From: Obrimoposthia wandeli
Lineage: Eukaryota
Assembly: GCA_977020255.1 (NCBI GenBank)
Contig: CDROCS010000088.1
Coordinates: 1 to 64,000, forward strand
DNA length: 64,000 nucleotides
Direction of reading: 5' to 3'
Part shown: piece by piece, positions 61,873 through 64,000 of the stretch
Layout of the letters: each line of letters opens with the position of its first letter
How positions within the stretch are numbered: position 1 is the stretch's first letter
The notes under the pieces: generated by a model
Told to the model about the DNA's origin: nothing
What the model saw: the letters and a program-made list of their open reading frames with translations, nothing else
Databases searched by the model: none
Position numbers and translations under genes: made by a program

Positions 61873-63615
61873 GAGGTGGACTATTTAAACCGAAACTTAA
61901 CTGAGTAAGTGCATATATCTTCCTATTTGATATTTCCACAAATATATATCAATAGCATTTGTAGATAGGCTGCCTTTAAATTTAAATGTGTCAAATTATC
62001 ATCCATTTTCCTTCACTCCATGAACGTTTCATAACACACACTGAACTATCTCTCGAATGATTTGACATGTATCTATTTAATTAAATAAAATAAAGAACTG
62101 GCCTAACCTTGGCTTTGTTCACCTGTCATTAATGATGTCAATCCGTCAAATTCATCATAAAATTATACGAGCCAACCGTTATCTATCCAAATCTGTAATT
62201 CGGCGCTCCAGTCATCTTTGATGTGAGGATTAATTCCATAATCACTAACTGTGTTTCAAAGAATGGGTGGATCAAATAATCCAATTCCATAAACTTTGCA
62301 CTAAAAACTGCATCATCATCTAAATCGTAAAGGACTTTATTACTAAGCATTCCACTATACACTCCCTACAACCTATCTTAGGTGTTAGAGATTTCTCTAC
62401 ACCTGACTCCACGACCATTTACGTAAATTACATCTATCACTAAATTACTGTCCACTAAAGCCACAGCATCCTTACTATAAACTTTGACGGACATTGTGAC
62501 CATACCCTGAGGCTTGCGTAATGTTGGAAAGCTTCTGGCGCATGTAGCTTCCCGTTAAGGTTTGAGGACAGTCTCGCTTAAAGTGTCCGGAATCTTGTCA
62601 GTTAAAGCACTTAAGTGGCTTTTTCTTTGGATATCTATTTGCAAGGTGGTCAACTGCCTTTCATATAAAACAGGACCTGGTTGCTACAAAAGCTTCTTTC
62701 TTAATGTAAGAGCCGACTCCACGAGCATTATGTGCATTTCTTGATCCAATCCGAATCCTGGCATGAGATAATAGCTTTTCAATCGAGTTTTCGTCATTCT
62801 TTTCGGATACTTGTAACTGCTTAGATAATTCTAGGGAGATCATCAACAAATGCAAGCCGCATCGCTTTACTATACAGCTCAGCATATCTGGCTTGACATT
62901 TGAGGTCAGACAAATATACATTGACTGTTTCTCCATCAACCTCCCGTCGCTCACGGAATTTTCGAAAATATAAGCATAATCTGCGCTATACGTCGAACTT
63001 TCAAGTGGCCTTAGTGCTGAAATTGTAGAAAAAATATCTTCTACGAGAAGAAGTTTTGCCCTCAGCTCCAATGCCGTAAACCGGTTTTTCACATTCTCGC
63101 TTCCAACAAAAATTAGAAAAACGTTCAAATTTCTAATTACTGATGCAATAGCTTATTCCATAATAAAAGTCAAGATGTCGTTGAGACTGCACTTGTATTC
63201 ATCTTTCCAAAACTTCTGCACATAAATTCTAAATATTTACACAAAATTTTCACAATTTATTAAAATTTGTAAGTATTTATAGAAATTAAATATATTAAAT
63301 CGTGAAAAAAATGAAACTTGAAAAATTTCACGACTTCAATTAATAAAATAAATTTGTGTATTAAATTTTTTTTACGATATCTTTTAAAACTCTTATATAT
63401 CTAATCGTTCTTCACACTAAATGAGTTACTAAACCTATGGCACTGAAAAAATAAATCTGGCAATAAAAAACTAAAAGTATAGAAAACGTTTGTTAAAGAT
63501 TCAAGCAAGCTGTCTAGTATTTTTTTAGTCAAAAAATATTATTTATTTAAAAAATCCAATAATCTTTCAATTTTAAAATAACGTTTGTGTTGTAATAAGC
63601 TAGTATGTAACCAAC

Positions 63616-64000
63616 CTTCCCTAGACTGCAATTAGAGCTGTATTTGACAGAAGTGCGTGGTGGACTGGCACCCTCTCCCTTATGATCAATTTTACGGCTG
63701 ATGTGCAGAAGGCTCTTGTTGGGGTCTTTGACCTTGTGCAGCTTAGAAGTCGACAGTGAGTCAGAGCTGAGCTGCAAAGACACGTTTTGGTGGATGCTGG
63801 TGGGAACAGAACCTGCGACGATGCTTGAGGACACAGGCTGCGGCGAGCCTGGTGGTTGGGGTGTGTTGTGGGACTTGATCTTGATTTGGACTTCGTTGCG
63901 AACTCTCTTTTGGCTAGCATCTGTCTTGGCGATTGCGGTTGGAGTGACACTACTCCGCAAGGGCAAGGAAACATTATCCATGCTGACAGACTTCTCCACA
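63616..64000 (-). CDS. Probable host exon (Ser/Pro-rich), runs off the window edge
   Basis: Open GC-richer frame ending ...SLGK followed by a donor-like AAG|GTTGGT at 63615. No family recognised. Confidence 0.5.

Larger units (their letters stand above)
48047..63254 (-). mobile_element. Old Ty3/Gypsy LTR retrotransposon split by Polinton B
   Basis: Diverged ~100-bp LTRs (~48047-48143 and ~63156-63254). On the minus strand: gag with CFICKAVDH knuckle, VALVDS protease, RT (DLKAAYLQ, FGLNSP|PRIM, SYIDDI), RNase H (HINVARLDAV, TDSQTV), integrase (LAIDVT, YRPSGNGIVE). Confidence 0.88.

Overview
AT-rich invertebrate-type eukaryotic DNA made mostly of nested mobile elements. The main features are two Polinton/Maverick (adintovirus-like) endogenous DNA virus elements, each with 5'-AGTAG termini and a 6-bp TSD. 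Element B (49951-61872, TSD GAGGTG) carries the full core gene set: pPolB, packaging ATPase, integrase, penton, major capsid protein and adenain protease. It also encodes a TATA-binding-protein-like ORF, and each long TIR contains a ~230-bp palindrome. It is inserted in the RT gene of an old Gypsy element (about 48047-63254). Element A (12111-21536, TSD CATGTA) is a decayed, apparently chimeric element with no integrase, ATPase or penton and with two different pPolB-side ends. Polinton genes here carry short GT-AG introns: one at the same position in both protease genes, and two in the pPolB of A that are absent from B. Also present: a degraded BEL/Pao element whose 5' region holds a mosaic of importin-alpha and SPT5 fragments and is bracketed by ~200-bp inverted repeats; a probable chuvirus/gB-like env remnant with Gypsy RT fragments; hAT and Tc1 remnants; degenerate repeats; and probable minus-strand host exons. 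All homology calls come from motif recognition by eye. No database searches were run.
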